The notes under the pieces are model-generated. The model was not told the origin of the DNA. It was given only the letters and a program-made list of their open reading frames with translations, and did not search any database. Below, one piece after another: positions 45,501-58,689 of a DNA stretch of 64,000 nt (position 1 is its first letter; the number at the start of each line of letters is the position of its first letter). Location: assembly GCF_009834535.1 (NCBI RefSeq), contig NC_045707.1:19964001-20028000 (forward strand). The letters are read 5' to 3'. Both the position numbers and the translations under genes were made by a program. This DNA comes from Camelus ferus. Lineage: Eukaryota.

Positions 45501-48500
45501 ACTGGGAAAGAGGGTCCCTCATAGAGTGGGAAGGCTAAACGACTGGAAACTTGTGAGACTCTGGCCCGTCAGCTTTTCCTTTCCCACAGGCTGGATGAGA
45601 GTGAGGATATGCACAGTCTCCTGCTGACTGACAGCAGCACTCTGCTCGTTGGTGGGCTGCAGAACCACATACTGGAGATTGACCTTAACACTGTCCAGGA
45701 GACTCAGAAGGTACACGCAGGACCCAGGGCCTGAGGTTGTTAGTGGGGAGTATACCCGGGCTGGAATCGCCTGTGATGTGTGTGTGACCTTTCTGTTCCT
45801 TTGGTCTGTGGGAAGAATCATTCTCACTGGTTCCTTCCGCTTCCCTCCCCAGTATGCAGTTGAGACGCCTGGAGTCACTATCATGAGGCAGACAAATCGC
45901 TTCTTCTTCTGTGGCCATACATCTGGCAAGGTGGCGAAGTTCCATTTTCCCTCCCACCATAGGACCCTGTTTCACAGATATGTGATTGGGCTCTGTCTTT
46001 CCCTCAATTCTGGGGCTTTAGTTGGTGGGGTGGGAGGAATGAATTGAGTTCCTGCTCAGTCATGTTACACTATAAGATTATCTTCCAACCTGATGTTTTC
46101 TGTTGTGAATGGGTACCTTGGAGGCAACAGGATAAACGAGAGTTCTCTTTAGGGTCCCTTCCAGCCCTTGGCTTCTCATTTTGCCTTTTCTGTGCTTTAA
46201 TTGCCTGTATTCTAGAACCTTAGTTCTTTTAGTAGGAGCCTCACAGGGTTAGGTAGATGTCAGTTCCTCTTCCTGATAACAGCGTTGGCAGATAACCAAG
46301 TTCTCAACTCTTCAGGTTTCCCTTCGAGACCTCCGTACTTTTAAGGTGGAGCATGAATTTGATGCTTTCTCAGGGAGCCTGTCGGATTTTGATGTGCACG
46401 GCAACCTGCTGGCTGCCTGTGGCTTCTCCAGCCGCCTCACCGGCCTGGCCTGTGACCGTTTCCTCAAGGTGTATGACCTGCGCATGATGCGTGCCATCAC
46501 GCCACTTCAAGTACACGTGGATCCTGCCTTCTTGCGCTTCATCCCTACATATACCTCTCGTCTTGCTATTATCTCCCAGTCAGGTATGAAGGGGTTGAAG
46601 GAGCGGGTAGAAGGCGCCAGAGTATACTCCCTGGAATTTCTCTGTTGGAGAGAAAGTAACCTTTCTGAGAGGTCTCAGGGTCTCACTTAGATTTGCTCAG
46701 AGATTATAGCTTTTATTTTCTCCCTGGGTGTGAAGAACACAGGAAAAAAAAAAAAGGTGGAACAGGCAAAACAACTTCAGAACTGCCCTTTGCTGGATAG
46801 AAAATCTCCCTGTGGTTTATGGGAAGGCATCAGATAATATGTTTTCCTATCTCTAAGCATGGATTGGGGGCCTGTCTTTTCTTGATACCAGGAGAAGAGG
46901 GTAGGAAGGGCATAAAAGGATGGCTCCTTTTCACTTTCCAGGGCTCAGTGGGCTTCCTCCTCCCTCCTAGGGCAGTGCCAGTTTTGTGAGCCCACAGGCC
47001 TGGCCAACCCAGCGGACATCTTTCATGTGAATCCTGTGGGGCCTCTGCTGATGACGTTTGATGTGTCAGCCAGCAAGCAGGCCCTGGCCTTTGGGGATTC
47101 TGAGGGCTGTGTGCACCTCTGGACTGATTCCCCTGAACCTTCCTTCAACCCCTACTCCCGTGAGACCGANNNNNNNNNNNNNNNNNNNNNNNNNNNNNNN
47201 NNNNNNNNNNNNNNNNNNNNNNNNNNNNNNNNNNNNNNNNNNNNNNNNNNNNNNNNNNNNNNNNNNNNNNNNNNNNNNNNNNNNNNNNNNNNNNNNNNNN
47301 NNNNNNNNNNNNNNNNNTACCTCATCTCTGGGCCCAAAGGAGGGGGGGTAGGGGAAGGGCTGAAACACCAGGATTCTCTGTGAGCTCTGTTACTATCCTA
47401 CTTCTTTCCTTATTTTTATCAGGCTTTAGTGTTTTCTTTTTTTCTGGCCCCTTGGGGATTGGGGATTGGATGGGCAGACACCACTACCTTCAAGCCCTAG
47501 AACTGTACTGCATTACAGGCGAGCACCCCCTGTGGATGCAGAGATTCTGCGCACCATGAAGAAGGTGGGCTTCATTGGCTATGCGCCCAACCCCCGCACC
47601 AGGCTGCGCAATCAGGTATGTTCAGGGGGGAAGAGGCTCAGCCTCCACCTCAACTCACTGGCATTTCTGTCTTTTTCCTTTAGTAGTCCTCAGTAGTTTT
47701 TTTTAGTCAGTCAAAAAAGATTTTTTTGAAGCTTATTGAATTGAAGGTACTATATGAGGTGTTAGCAAGGATTCAGAGACTTAGATAGGGTCCTTGCTCT
47801 TAAGAAGTTCAGTATTTGGTTGGCAAAGATAAGGCCTATCCGTAACAGAAATTACTTACTCTTGTTAAATGCTAAAGGAATGTTAGAAGCATTCAGTGCC
47901 AGAGCTATTTAGAGGGAAGATGCTACTCTGGGCTAGAGTGGTCAGGGAAAGCATACTGAAAGAGGTGGATGTTGAGCTGGCAAGGTGAGAGATGGGTAGG
48001 TAGACAGTAACAGGGGAGCCTTTCAAGATGAGAGAATGGTGTTAGTAAAGGTCTCAGGAGGCTTAACGTCAGGTGCATCTGACGGGGACTATGCTGGAGC
48101 AGCTGTTAGTATTGGGAAACAGCAAGAGATGAAGTTTGGGAAGGGCCTGATTGTGAAGCCTTGAATATGGAAAAAGTGATGCAGCAGAAGGGCCATTCTG
48201 GGAGGGTGAGTTTGGTGGTGGTATGCTGGACAGAGTGAATGTGGAGGCCCAGTGTGGAAGCCATCGCCGTGGTCCAGCTGTGATGAGATAGGGCAATGGC
48301 AGCGGGAATGAAAAGGAAGCAGTGGATGCTGAAAACCCGTGAAGTTAGAAGGTTTAGGACTCAGTGACTCTTTCAATGTTGAGATAAAGGTGGGGGGAAA
48401 CCAAAGATGATTATACAGCCAATGAGGATACCTCTTTTTAAAAACCCTAGATTCCTTACCGACTCAAGGAGTCCGACAGTGAATTTGACAGCTTCAGCCA

Positions 48501-51500
48501 GGTCACTGAGTCACCCATAGGACGGGAAGAGGAGCCACATCTCCACATGGTCTCTAAGAAATACCGCAAGGTGCTGGGGGATACCAAGGAAGGAGCCCTG
48601 GGATGTGGGGAAAGTTTCCCAGGGAAGGAGAGTCATATGGTAAAGGATTCAAGGCCTCATTCAAGAAGCCTTCACCTATCACTCAACTCAGGAAGGAGGT
48701 TTTGGGGAAGGTTATGGCTACTGCAAAGATTTAAGGGATTCAGAGGGTATCTTCATCTTGCTCAGACTGTTTCTGCTTCAGGTGACCATCAAATACTCCA
48801 AGCTAGGGCTGGAGGACTTTGACTTCAAACACTACAATAAGACACTATTTGCTGGGTTAGAGCCCCACATCCCCAATGCCTACTGTAACTGCATGATCCA
48901 GGTAAGCCTGGGTCTTCCTGCGGCTTGAACATGCCTACTGCTTTTCTTCTTCCCTGTGGCCCACAACCCTTACTCTTTTTTCAGAACCCCCAACAAGCCC
49001 ACTTTAGCTTCCTTTACCATTCTTTCTTGCCCCATGGTCTTCAGGTCTCCTGTAAACTTTCCTTCTTCAGTGGACTTCTGCTTTGTGTTCTCCATCGGCT
49101 TTTCTTTTTAAAATTTTTTTTGAGGGAAGTAATGAAGTTTATTTATTTATTTACTTGATGGAGGTATGGGGATTGAACCCAGGACCTCAGGCATGCTAAG
49201 CATGCCTCTACCAGTTGAGCTATACCCTGCCCCCCCCCCCCCCGGCTTTCTTAACCTTCCCATCCCTCTTCCTCTCTGCACAGTTGCCTGCATCATTTCT
49301 CCTGCTCTTACCTCCAGGTGCTCTATTTCCTGGAACCTGTTCGCTGTCTAATCCAGAACCACCTTTGCCAAAAGGAATTCTGCCTGGCATGCGAACTGGG
49401 CTTCCTCTTCCACATGTTGGACCTCTCCCGAGGTGACCCTTGTCAGGTCAGTGCCTGGAGACCTGGGACAATAAAGCAGAAGGGAGGTGGACAGTAGGCA
49501 GGGCAGCGCTCTATAAATGGTCACAAAAGAGAAAATAACCCTTTTCCACCAACACACTTCCTGGATTCCAGGGCAGTAACTTTCTTCGGGCGTTCCGCAC
49601 CATTCCTGAGGCCTCAGCCCTTGGTCTGATTCTGGCTGACNNNNNNNNNNNNNNNNNNNNNNNNNNNNNNNNNNNNNNNNNNNNNNNNNNNNNNNNNNNN
49701 NNNNNNNNNNNNNNNNNNNNNNNNNNNNNNNNNNNNNNNNNNNNNNNNNNNNNNNNNNNNNNNNNNNNNNNNNNNNNNNNNNNNNNNNGAATAGTTAAAG
49801 CCATTGTGACAGGCCCCTCGGTGACTTTTGGGTCTCCTAACTCCCTCAGTGTGAATATACTGCCCTCCTCACTCTTAGCAGCTTTTGCTCATCGGGGGAC
49901 TCTGTCATCGGGCAGCTGTTCAGCTGTGAGATGGAAAACTGCAGCCTCTGCCGCTGTGGCAGTGAGACCGTGCGAGCCTCATCCACCCTCCTCTTCACAC
50001 TCTCCTACCCTGAGGGTAGCAACAGTGGTATACCCCGCAGCTGGGTTGGGGAGGCTCCCCCGAATGTCCTGTAACATCAGGGAAAGGGTGTTGGGGGCCT
50101 AATGGTGGATACAGGGAGGACCTGGAGTGAAGCATTCAGTTTCCCCTCAGATAAAACTGGGAAGAACTGTGACTTTGCTCAGGTGCTGAAGCGAAGTATC
50201 TGCCTGGAGCAGAATACACAGGCCTGGTGTGACAACTGTGAGAAGTACCAGCCCACGGTGAGTGGGCTGTTGCACTGGACTAGAGTCCTGCCATGTTGGG
50301 GACTTGGCCATGGTCTCATCTGGGACTGGCTGGGTCAGCACTGCCATCCAGAGATCTGTGGGGAGTGGGAAGAACCCTAGTTTGAGGATACAGATTCAGG
50401 CTTACCTGTTTCTGTTGGGGTTTCTTTTCCTATAGGCTCCCTGCCATTCCTCGTTTGTTTTATTTTCTCAGATTCAGACCCGCAACATCCGCCATCTGCC
50501 AGATATTCTTGTCATCAATTGTGAGGTGAATAGCCTGAAAGAAGCTGATTTCTGGAGAATGCAGGCTGAGGTAAGGACTGGGGCTGGAAACAGACCTTTA
50601 GGAGTACTTTGTAGTTTTCTCCCTCTTCTGACCTCCATGTATGATTGATGCTCCTGAGGAATTGGATATTTTCTCCTTTGTGTTCAGGTTGCCTTCAAGA
50701 TGGCAATAAAAAAGCATGGTGGGGAGATCTCCAAGAGCAAGGAGTTTGCTTTGGCTGACTGGTAGGTTACTGTCTGTGGAGCACTCACAGGATTGAGCTA
50801 CCCAGTGGCTCCTCTTGTCACTGGCTAGATCTCCTCAGGACAAATTTCTAATTCTTTTATCCTGATAGGAAGGAACTAGGGAGTCCAGAGGGCATGCTGA
50901 TGTGTCCCTCCATTGAGGAGCTGAAGAATGTCTGGCTTCCTTTCTCCCTTCGAATGAAGATGACTAAGAACAAAGGGCTGGATGTTTGCAATTGGACTGA
51001 TGGGGATGAGATGCAGGTTGTTGAAAAACTGGGAAGAGGAGGGGGAATGAGGGAGAAAAGTTCGGGGCAGAAGCAGGGCAAGGGGAAGGTGGAACTTAGT
51101 ATAGGAAAAAAGAGGAATAAGGCCTAGTAATTCACCAGTTGTGGGCTTCTCCAGAGTGATTCAGTTCAGGGTTGGGAGTCACAGATGGGCTAGGATGGAG
51201 AGTCCCTACCCTGGTCCCCTGTCCCCATACCCCAAACTCCCTGTCCTCTATCCCCCTTCCCCTTNNNNNNNNNNNNNNNNNNNNNNNNNNNNNNNNNNNN
51301 NNNNNNNNNNNNNNNNNNNNNNNNNNNNNNNNNNNNNNNNNNNNNNNNNNNNNNNNNNNNNNNNNNNNNNNNNNNNNNNNNNNNNNNNNNNNNNNNNNNN
51401 NNNNNNNNNNNNNNNNNNNNNNNNNNNNNNNNNNNNNNNNNNNNNNNNNNNNNNNNNNNNNNNNNNNNTAATACAGGGCAGGGACACTCCTGGTGATGGC

Positions 51501-54392
51501 CACAAAGGAGTCCCAGGTCTGTCCTTATCTCGAGTCTGAGCCAGAGTGGTTCAGCCATCACTTTGGTATCAGTCTTTCTCTGTATCTCCACAGGGCGTTA
51601 CCCACCAGCAGTGGTATCTCTTCAATGACTTTCTCATTGAACCTATTGATAAGGTTAGTTGTAACACATTCCATTCCCCCTTTCATCTCCCCCTTTCCTA
51701 GCATCCTCATCCTCAGTGCCCGAGAATGCCAGGCAGATTCAGGAGGGAGGGATGGGTCCTCAGTAATAAAAAGCATTAGCAGAGCTAAAAATAGTACCTG
51801 AGTCCTGTCTTCTCTCTGACTTGGGAAAGAAGGGAAAGGGGGCATATATGTAGGCTACTGAGTGCTTTTTCTCTTTTAGCATGAAGCTGTGCAGTTTGAC
51901 ATGAACTGGAAAGTGCCTGCTATCCTTTATTACATCAAAAGGAATCTTAATTCCAAATACAACCTGAATAGTAAGTGGTACAAAGTAGACCCAAGGGTGT
52001 GGGCAGTTTAGATTTGTCTTCAGGAAGAGCTCTGAGAAATAGCTTGTTAAGATTAGGATTGGTAATCAGTGTTACCAGGTAATCAGTTTCCAGGTAAAGA
52101 GATTCCTGCTTCTCAGGGCTTAAATTTAGAAGCTGGAGATCCTGAGGGTGTATGGGAAGAGGTGATGGAGAAGAAGTCTGATCAGAATGGCTAAGATTAT
52201 GATTTTGAGCCTAGCCATTCCTATCCCCAAGTGTAGGTCTCTTCTTTTTTTGGCAATAAACTCATTATTAAGTCCCTTTTTAGTATCTTTAAACCATAAT
52301 TTCTCTGTAACTTTATTTTTCTGAATTTTCTAAGCTAAAGTTCAAAGTGAAAATCTTATTGTCTCCTCTCTGTTGACTTTTGTTTTCTCTTAGCATATTT
52401 CCTGATCAGTTTCTGATTTGACCTGTTCCATCTATCTCCTCTGTTTGTCAGACATGATCTTTTTACTCACGTGCTTGGATTATTGAGGGAACACAGTGTA
52501 GACCTGGTCTCTAGTCAGACGCTCTGGCTTCCCTCCCCTGGTCCCTTCCCTTTCCCCAGCTGTCTGTCTTCTGGATTCTCCCTTCCAGTCAAGAACCCTA
52601 TTGAGGCAAGTGTTCTACTGGCTGAAGCCTCACTAGCACGGAAGCAGCGGAAAACACATACTACCTTTATTCCACTGATGCCAAATGAGATGCCACAGGT
52701 TGGGGACCTGGTGGGCTTAGACGCTGAGTTTGTCACCCTTAATGAGGTAACCAAGACCAAAAGGGTGGGGTGTTGGAACAGAACTCTGAAGATATTAGGA
52801 GTCATAAGCATTTCTCTGATTTTCTTACTAAGTCTTTCCACGTAGGAGGAAGCAGAGCTGCGCAGTGATGGCACCAAGTCTACAATCAAGCCTAGCCAGA
52901 TGTCAGTAGCGAGGATTACCTGCGTTAGGGGCCAGGGACCCAATGAAGGCATCCCCTTCATTGATGACTACATCTCTACCCAGGAGCAGGTATTAGGATG
53001 TTGGAGGTGCAAATGAAACAAGCCCTGTGCTTATACAGGGTGCCCTAAAACCCAGGGAAGAGTGGCAGGGGGAACTGTGCGCCTCGCCTCCTGGACGACT
53101 TGCCCTTTTCTCTATCCCTAGGTGGTGGATTACTTGACTCAGTACTCGGGGATAAAGCCAGGAGACCTTGATGCCAAGATTTCCTCTAAGCACCTCACAA
53201 CTCTGAAGTCTACCTATTTAAAGCTTCGTTTTCTCATAGACATTGGAGTCAAGTTTGTGGGTCATGGTCTGCAGAAGGACTTCCGGGTTATCAACCTCAT
53301 GGTTCGGGCAGGGCTTTTTTAAGAGTCTTCTTTGCATGTGGTCCCTCCAGGGTATACATCGTGCATTTGGGGAAATGGGAAATTATAGATCCCCTGCCTT
53401 CAGCCTCTTACTCTTTTATCCCTGGCAGGTGCCCAAGGACCAAGTCCTTGACACTGTTTATCTATTTCACATGCCCCGAAAGCGAATGATTTCCCTGCGA
53501 TTCCTTGCTTGGTACTTTCTAGGTGAGTTGCTCTGCCCTGGAGGCCCTTGTGGTGCTCAGGAAGAACATAAAAAAGTATAACAGACCAAGGGGAGCAGGG
53601 AGGACCCTGAGTTAGTGGTGAGAGTTATTAACGGATTTAATTAGTTTCACGATCCCTTCTCTGCACTAGGGATGATGTGTAGCTCTTTCTCGTAAGGGCA
53701 GTCGGGTTTTTTATTACAGTTTATTGAGAGTTGGGGATGTGAGTAGAGGACATGTTCTTACCTCCCTTTGCTAGGTTCCAAACTATTCCGCCTCTACTTC
53801 CCCCAGACCTGAAGATTCAAGGGGAGACCCATGACAGTATTGAGGATGCCCGCACAGCTCTTCAGCTTTACCGAAAGTATCTGGAACTAAGCAAAAATGG
53901 CACTGAGCCTGAGTCCTTCCACAAAGTGCTCAAGGGCCTTTATGAGAAAGGCCGAAAGATGGACTGGAAGGTGCCTGAGCCTGAGGGCCAGACAAGTCCC
54001 AAGAGTAAGGCCTGGGATGGGACAGGGGAAACTAGACTAGGGGGTTTTGATTGCATATGTGAAAATTATACCCACCATAGTAAGAATGACATGATGTTAA
54101 CAACTGTACTACCCCAGCCTTAATATTTGTAAAGCACTTAACACTTTACAAATCACTTAATCCTCTCAAAATTCAGTGAAACAGATTTTATTATTGAAAT
54201 TCTCTATTGGTCCTAACCTCCTCTTGCCCAATTCTGAAGTGTTTGGAGCAGATCCATGCCCTTTTTTCTCTTGCTTTTTTCCTTTATAAGTAGTATCCTA
54301 GGTGCTTTTTCTCTGCTCACCTTAAGAGTCAATGCTTTTGGTTTTGCCTCTTGACAGATGCAGCTGTCTTCTCCTCAGTGCTGCCGCTCTGA
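42555..54392 (+). CDS. PAN2: PAN2 poly(A)-specific ribonuclease catalytic subunit (USP52); three exons wholly or partly in N gaps
   Basis: Exons 42555-42836, 45309-45478, 45590-45710, 45853-45930, 46316-46583, 46971-(gap), 47519-47615, 48451-48570, 48782-48901, 49318-49446, 49572-(gap), 49879-50015, 50151-50257, 50472-50570, 50688-50761, 50869-51016, (one in gap 51265-51468), 51594-51653, 51880-51970, 52589-52746, 52846-52989, 53122-53301, 53429-53522, 53807-54004, 54358-54392 (TGA). DEDD nuclease motifs VGLDAEFV and [11 protein letters not shown]; AATAAA at 55025. Confidence 0.96.
49108..49240 (-). mobile_element. Vic-1-like SINE in a PAN2 intron
   Basis: gatggaggtatggggattgaacccagg...ctaccagttgagctataccctgcccc. 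Confidence 0.85.
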
Positions 54393-55339
54393 CCTCATCA
54401 TCTCCCAATGAACAACTCCCTCTCCCTTCAATGTTCTGTGGCCCAAGAACTGGGAGATGGCTTCCCAAGTTGGCTATACCCTGTCTACTTCCAGAATTGG
54501 ACCTGCTCAGGGTCTACAGATGGTGCTATTAATAGAACTGGAATGCAGCAGAATTGTTGCAAAGGGTCTAGGAGCCAGATTCCTTTTTCATCCTTTGCAG
54601 AATAGTGGGCGAGAAACAGTCTAGAATTGACCCAGATGGAAAATAATTAGCATTCTTAATAAATATCCTGGGTAATTAATACTCAGGCAAAGAAGCTCCT
54701 GGAACCAAAACTTTTCAGTTCCTACTTAGTAAGTACTGAAGTCCGAGACAATGACATGATACAACAATAGTTCAAGACCTAGCTCAAGTCTCTGCCTGAA
54801 GGATGCCTGGAGGGGCCAACATTTAGGGTCTTGGTGGCCCCAGCAAACCAGTGTTGCCAACATCATCATTGCCAAAAGGGCCTTTGGGTCCTAGACTAAG
54901 CTTGGCTGTTGGCTTCACTCCTGCTGACAGCTGAGAAGCATCTGTCTTCCATCCACTCTCCTGTCCTAAGTCTTGTTTTCTTGTTATTTTTTTAAAATTT
55001 TGTTTTAAACTGCATGTTTTATAAAATAAAACCAAAAATATTATTACGTGTCATCTATCTCACTAGAAACGTGCCACTGTGTGGTTCTCTGACTTCAGCC
55101 CTCATCTCCTTTGTGTTGGCGTTACTACTGGTAAAAAACACTAAGGCTTTCTTTCAAATTTACACCTAGAAATCAAAGTAAAGCTCTGGAGTCCAAAGTT
55201 AAGGATTTTGAAGGAGTAGAATTATGTCTCTCCTGGGCAGTGTTATGTCTTTGCTGTGGCAGCGTAGAAGCCTAAGGTCGGATTCTTTTAAGACGTACAG
55301 TATGGTTTCCCTGTTAAATGTGTAAAAGGGGAGTTGGAG

Positions 55340-55890
55340 AAGCTGACAAACTACAGGTCCCAGGACATCTTAAAACCTGTAGTTACTACCAAAGAATTGT
55401 GTGGTGCTGCGGTGCTTCCTGGGAGATGTAGTTTTCTCGGTACTGAAACCAGGGCTTCTCAGCGGCTAGCAGCGCACCTTTCTTTTTGAAGGTCCCAGCC
55501 CACCTAGACTGGCAAGCGCGAGCTTGACAGCCTCCATGCACCACGTCGGGCTCTGTCCCTGCTTCAAGCCACTCCTATTCTTCAGCTGGCCCCTGGTGGT
55601 CACGTGGAGCTGCTCGCCACGCAAGTCTGGGTCCTGAGAGCCACCGGGGTCCTCGCTGCCTGGGAGCCGCTCCTAGGCTGCCTGTTCGCGCGAGAGTTTG
55701 GAGGGGCGGGCTTGGGGTCGGTCTTCGGTGTGGGGCTCATACTACAGCGCATCCAAGCCCTGCTTAGCGGTCCGCTTAGGGTGCGAGGAGCTGAGCTGGC
55801 TCAGGCGGTCTCCGGGGCACCCCGCGTCTGGAAAGCGCAGGAGCGCTCTGGAGAAGCCTGGACAGCCCCGCTTCCCCGCAGCCAGGTGGT
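55340..55890 (+). promoter_or_regulatory. CNPY2 promoter and non-coding first exon
   Basis: Two ACTACAnnTCCCA (ZNF143-type) motifs in opposite orientation (55350-55362 and ~55420-55432), a CpG-rich tract, E-box/CCACG motifs and a candidate donor ccag/gtggta at ~55884. Confidence 0.6.
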
Positions 55891-56573
55891 AGGGTCGGAA
55901 GCTAAAGTGAGAATCCGGCTGTCTTCCAGCGCCTGGGCCACAGCGGCGGCCCTGGGAGCAGAGGTGGGACGGATGCGAGTGGCACTGAGGGTCGGGGATG
56001 GACTGGAGCGAAGGCAATGGCGGGGTCTTTAGAAAGGGGGCTGGTCCGCATGGGGGATAACTTATAGGTTGGTGTTAGGGATGCAGTAATCTTCGGTGCT
56101 GGGTCCAAATAGGCCTCAGTTTTTGAGTGCTCTTCGCCAGTCAGCTACCTCGCTACCTCCTGGCCAGAATCATCTACTCTCCTTGCCAGCAGCTCCTCTG
56201 TGCTTGTCGTCCTTGTTAAATCGCCAACCACCGATCCGTAGCTGCCACATAGGACTGTGAGTCCTAGGCAGCCGACGCCTAAGTACTGACATCTAGGGCC
56301 TCACCTGTCGACGTAGTGTCTGGGGCTGAGCCCCAATTCCGGGCTTGAGCTCTCACCCACCGCCCCTGGGAATCCGGGTCCTTGAGCGCCAGAACAGAGG
56401 AACCCCTTTGTGTCCCGGCTATTTCCTGGAAAGTAGAGCCAGATCACACTGAGGCCTTTGTAGGCCTGGGGGGGAGGGGGGGCGGTAGGCAGCAGGGGAG
56501 AGTGGAGCCGGCTCCTCACACCTATGCTTTATTTCAATCCAAACCCAGGTGGAGCAACCCCATTACGCTAAAG

Positions 56574-58689
56574 ATGAAAGGCTGGGGTTGGCTGGCCCTG
56601 CTTCTAGGGGCCCTGCTGGGAACTGCCTGGGCTCGGAGGAGCCAGGATCTACACTGTGGAGGTAAAGGCACGAAAGAAGAAATGGGAGGAAAGGAGGTGG
56701 GGGAGAAAGCGCCTTGAGAGGGCATGGGATCCAAGACCTGAGAAAAGGATGAATGGAAATCCCTGGGTTGATTCTTTTCTCCACTCCCTCCCCCCCCTCC
56801 CCTTGCACCAGCTTGCAGGGCTCTGGTGGATGAACTAGAGTGGGAAATTGCCCGGGTGGATCCCAAGAAGACCATTCAGATGGGCTCTTTCCGAATCAAT
56901 CCAGATGGCAGCCAGTCAGTGGTGGAGGTAACTGTGACTGTTCCCCCCCCAAAACAACTCAATCTTTGAATGAGAACTTAACTGATTAAAGAGGGACCTT
57001 AGTTTAATAGAAATGAAGAAAACATTGACCCACAGAAGTGTCTAAAAGATTAGGCTGTCTCATTTGGAAAAGGCTGGAGGCTTATAACCTATGCACTTGC
57101 TTCCTGGCTCCAAACCTTAATACTCTGTTTCTGCTGTAGAAGTTGTTAGCAGACAGGGAACCTTGATTAGCCCCCTTATTCATATCCTTAATCCACATGA
57201 CTTGTGTTTTCACTACGGCAGTATGGTATACATACAAACATTCGTTCGAAAAAGAGGTAGGTCTTATCCTTATATTTAGGAAATTTATTTTAGTTGAAAA
57301 CATAACACACATGACATAAACCTGTACCTAGTGAGCATCTGAGAAACGTTATGGTTATGATCCTTGTGAAATGCTTTAATAGTTATCCTCAAAGCCTGCA
57401 CTACCTCTCTAATGCTTTCCCACTGAGGGCAGGTATTAGTCGCATTTCAATACAAAAAGAAAATCATTACCTTACATCCCAAAAAATGAAAGGAATTCAA
57501 AAATTTTTTTAAATGAAGGGAATTCAAATGGAGAGAACACATAATTGACTAGGGTTAATCAAAGAGGCCGTTTATCTATAATTTGGAGCTAATGACACCT
57601 ATTTTATTTTTGAGGCTCGTGTAACAAAGTAAAATAAGATCATATATCAGAACTACACAAATCATACTGTTTTTAAATTAGGGGAGGCTTTTTAGAATAG
57701 GTTGGTTGAGCTAGATTTGGAAGGAAAAGTAAGGAAATAAATTACTAATGTACAGAGGTAGAAGAATGTGACCCAAGGCTGAGGACATTTCTAGGTGCCT
57801 TATGCTCGCTCAGAGGCCCACCTCACAGAGCTGCTCGAGGAGGTGTGTGACCGGATGAAGGAGTATGGGGAACAGATAGACCCTTCCACCCACCGCAAGA
57901 ACTACGTGCGTGTAGTGGGCCGGAATGGAGAATCCAGTGAACTGGATCTACAGGGCATCCGAATTGATTCAGACATCAGCGGCACCCTCAAGTTTGCGGT
58001 AAGCTATGGGAGTGGGCAGCTGGTTCTTGGAAATTAGGGGAGTTATTGGAGAGCCCAAGTGGAAAGTTGGGTTAATGTCTTTGTCCTCCTCTCTGGAGGT
58101 GGAGACCAGAGGCTTCCTCTTGTTGTCCTCTCTTACTCGTTTCTCCCTTGGGTTGACAGTGTGAGAGCATTGTGGAGGAATATGAAGATGAACTCATTGA
58201 ATTCTTTTCCCGAGAGGCTGACAATGTTAAAGACAAACTTTGTAGTAAGCGAACAGGTAAGCTACTGCCACTTTACCTCCCATCCTCACAGCCCTGTGGA
58301 ACCTGGCACATTCTCTAGCGTGTGTCCCACCCCCACTCCTCCAGTACCCTCCTAACAACACCCCCCAACCTAATCCTCTGAAACTAGCTCAAGCTTCGAC
58401 TTCCATTACATATGGCGTAGAAGCCTGGGTTGTTTCTCTCCCTTCTCTGTCAGCTTTCAGAATTTGAGGCTCCCTCACCTGAGATACAAGTGAGAGGACA
58501 TAAGAATGTTTTCTCGTTTAAAAGCACATGCTCTGAAAAATGGTGGGGGGGTGGTGTCCATTTGCTTTGAAGTATTTTTCTTGATAGTGGCATATATCAG
58601 TATGAGAGTGGCATTTTCTTTCAAACTGTTATGTGCTATTTGCAGATCTCTGTGACCATGCCCTGCACATATCGCATGATGAGCTATGA
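56574..58689 (+). CDS. CNPY2: Canopy FGF signalling regulator 2, 182 aa, ER protein ending in HDEL
   Basis: Exons 56574-56661, 56812-56927, 57795-57998, 58160-58256 and 58646-58689 (549 nt): MKGWGWLALLLGALLGTAWARRSQDLHCG...ISHDEL*. Confidence 0.97.

Noticed and set aside
55604-56032. 142-aa GC-rich ORF upstream of CNPY2, and similar ORFs at 23365-23580, 41615-41986 and 63563-63859
   Set aside because: Stop-poor CpG-island sequence with non-ATG starts and no recognisable homology.
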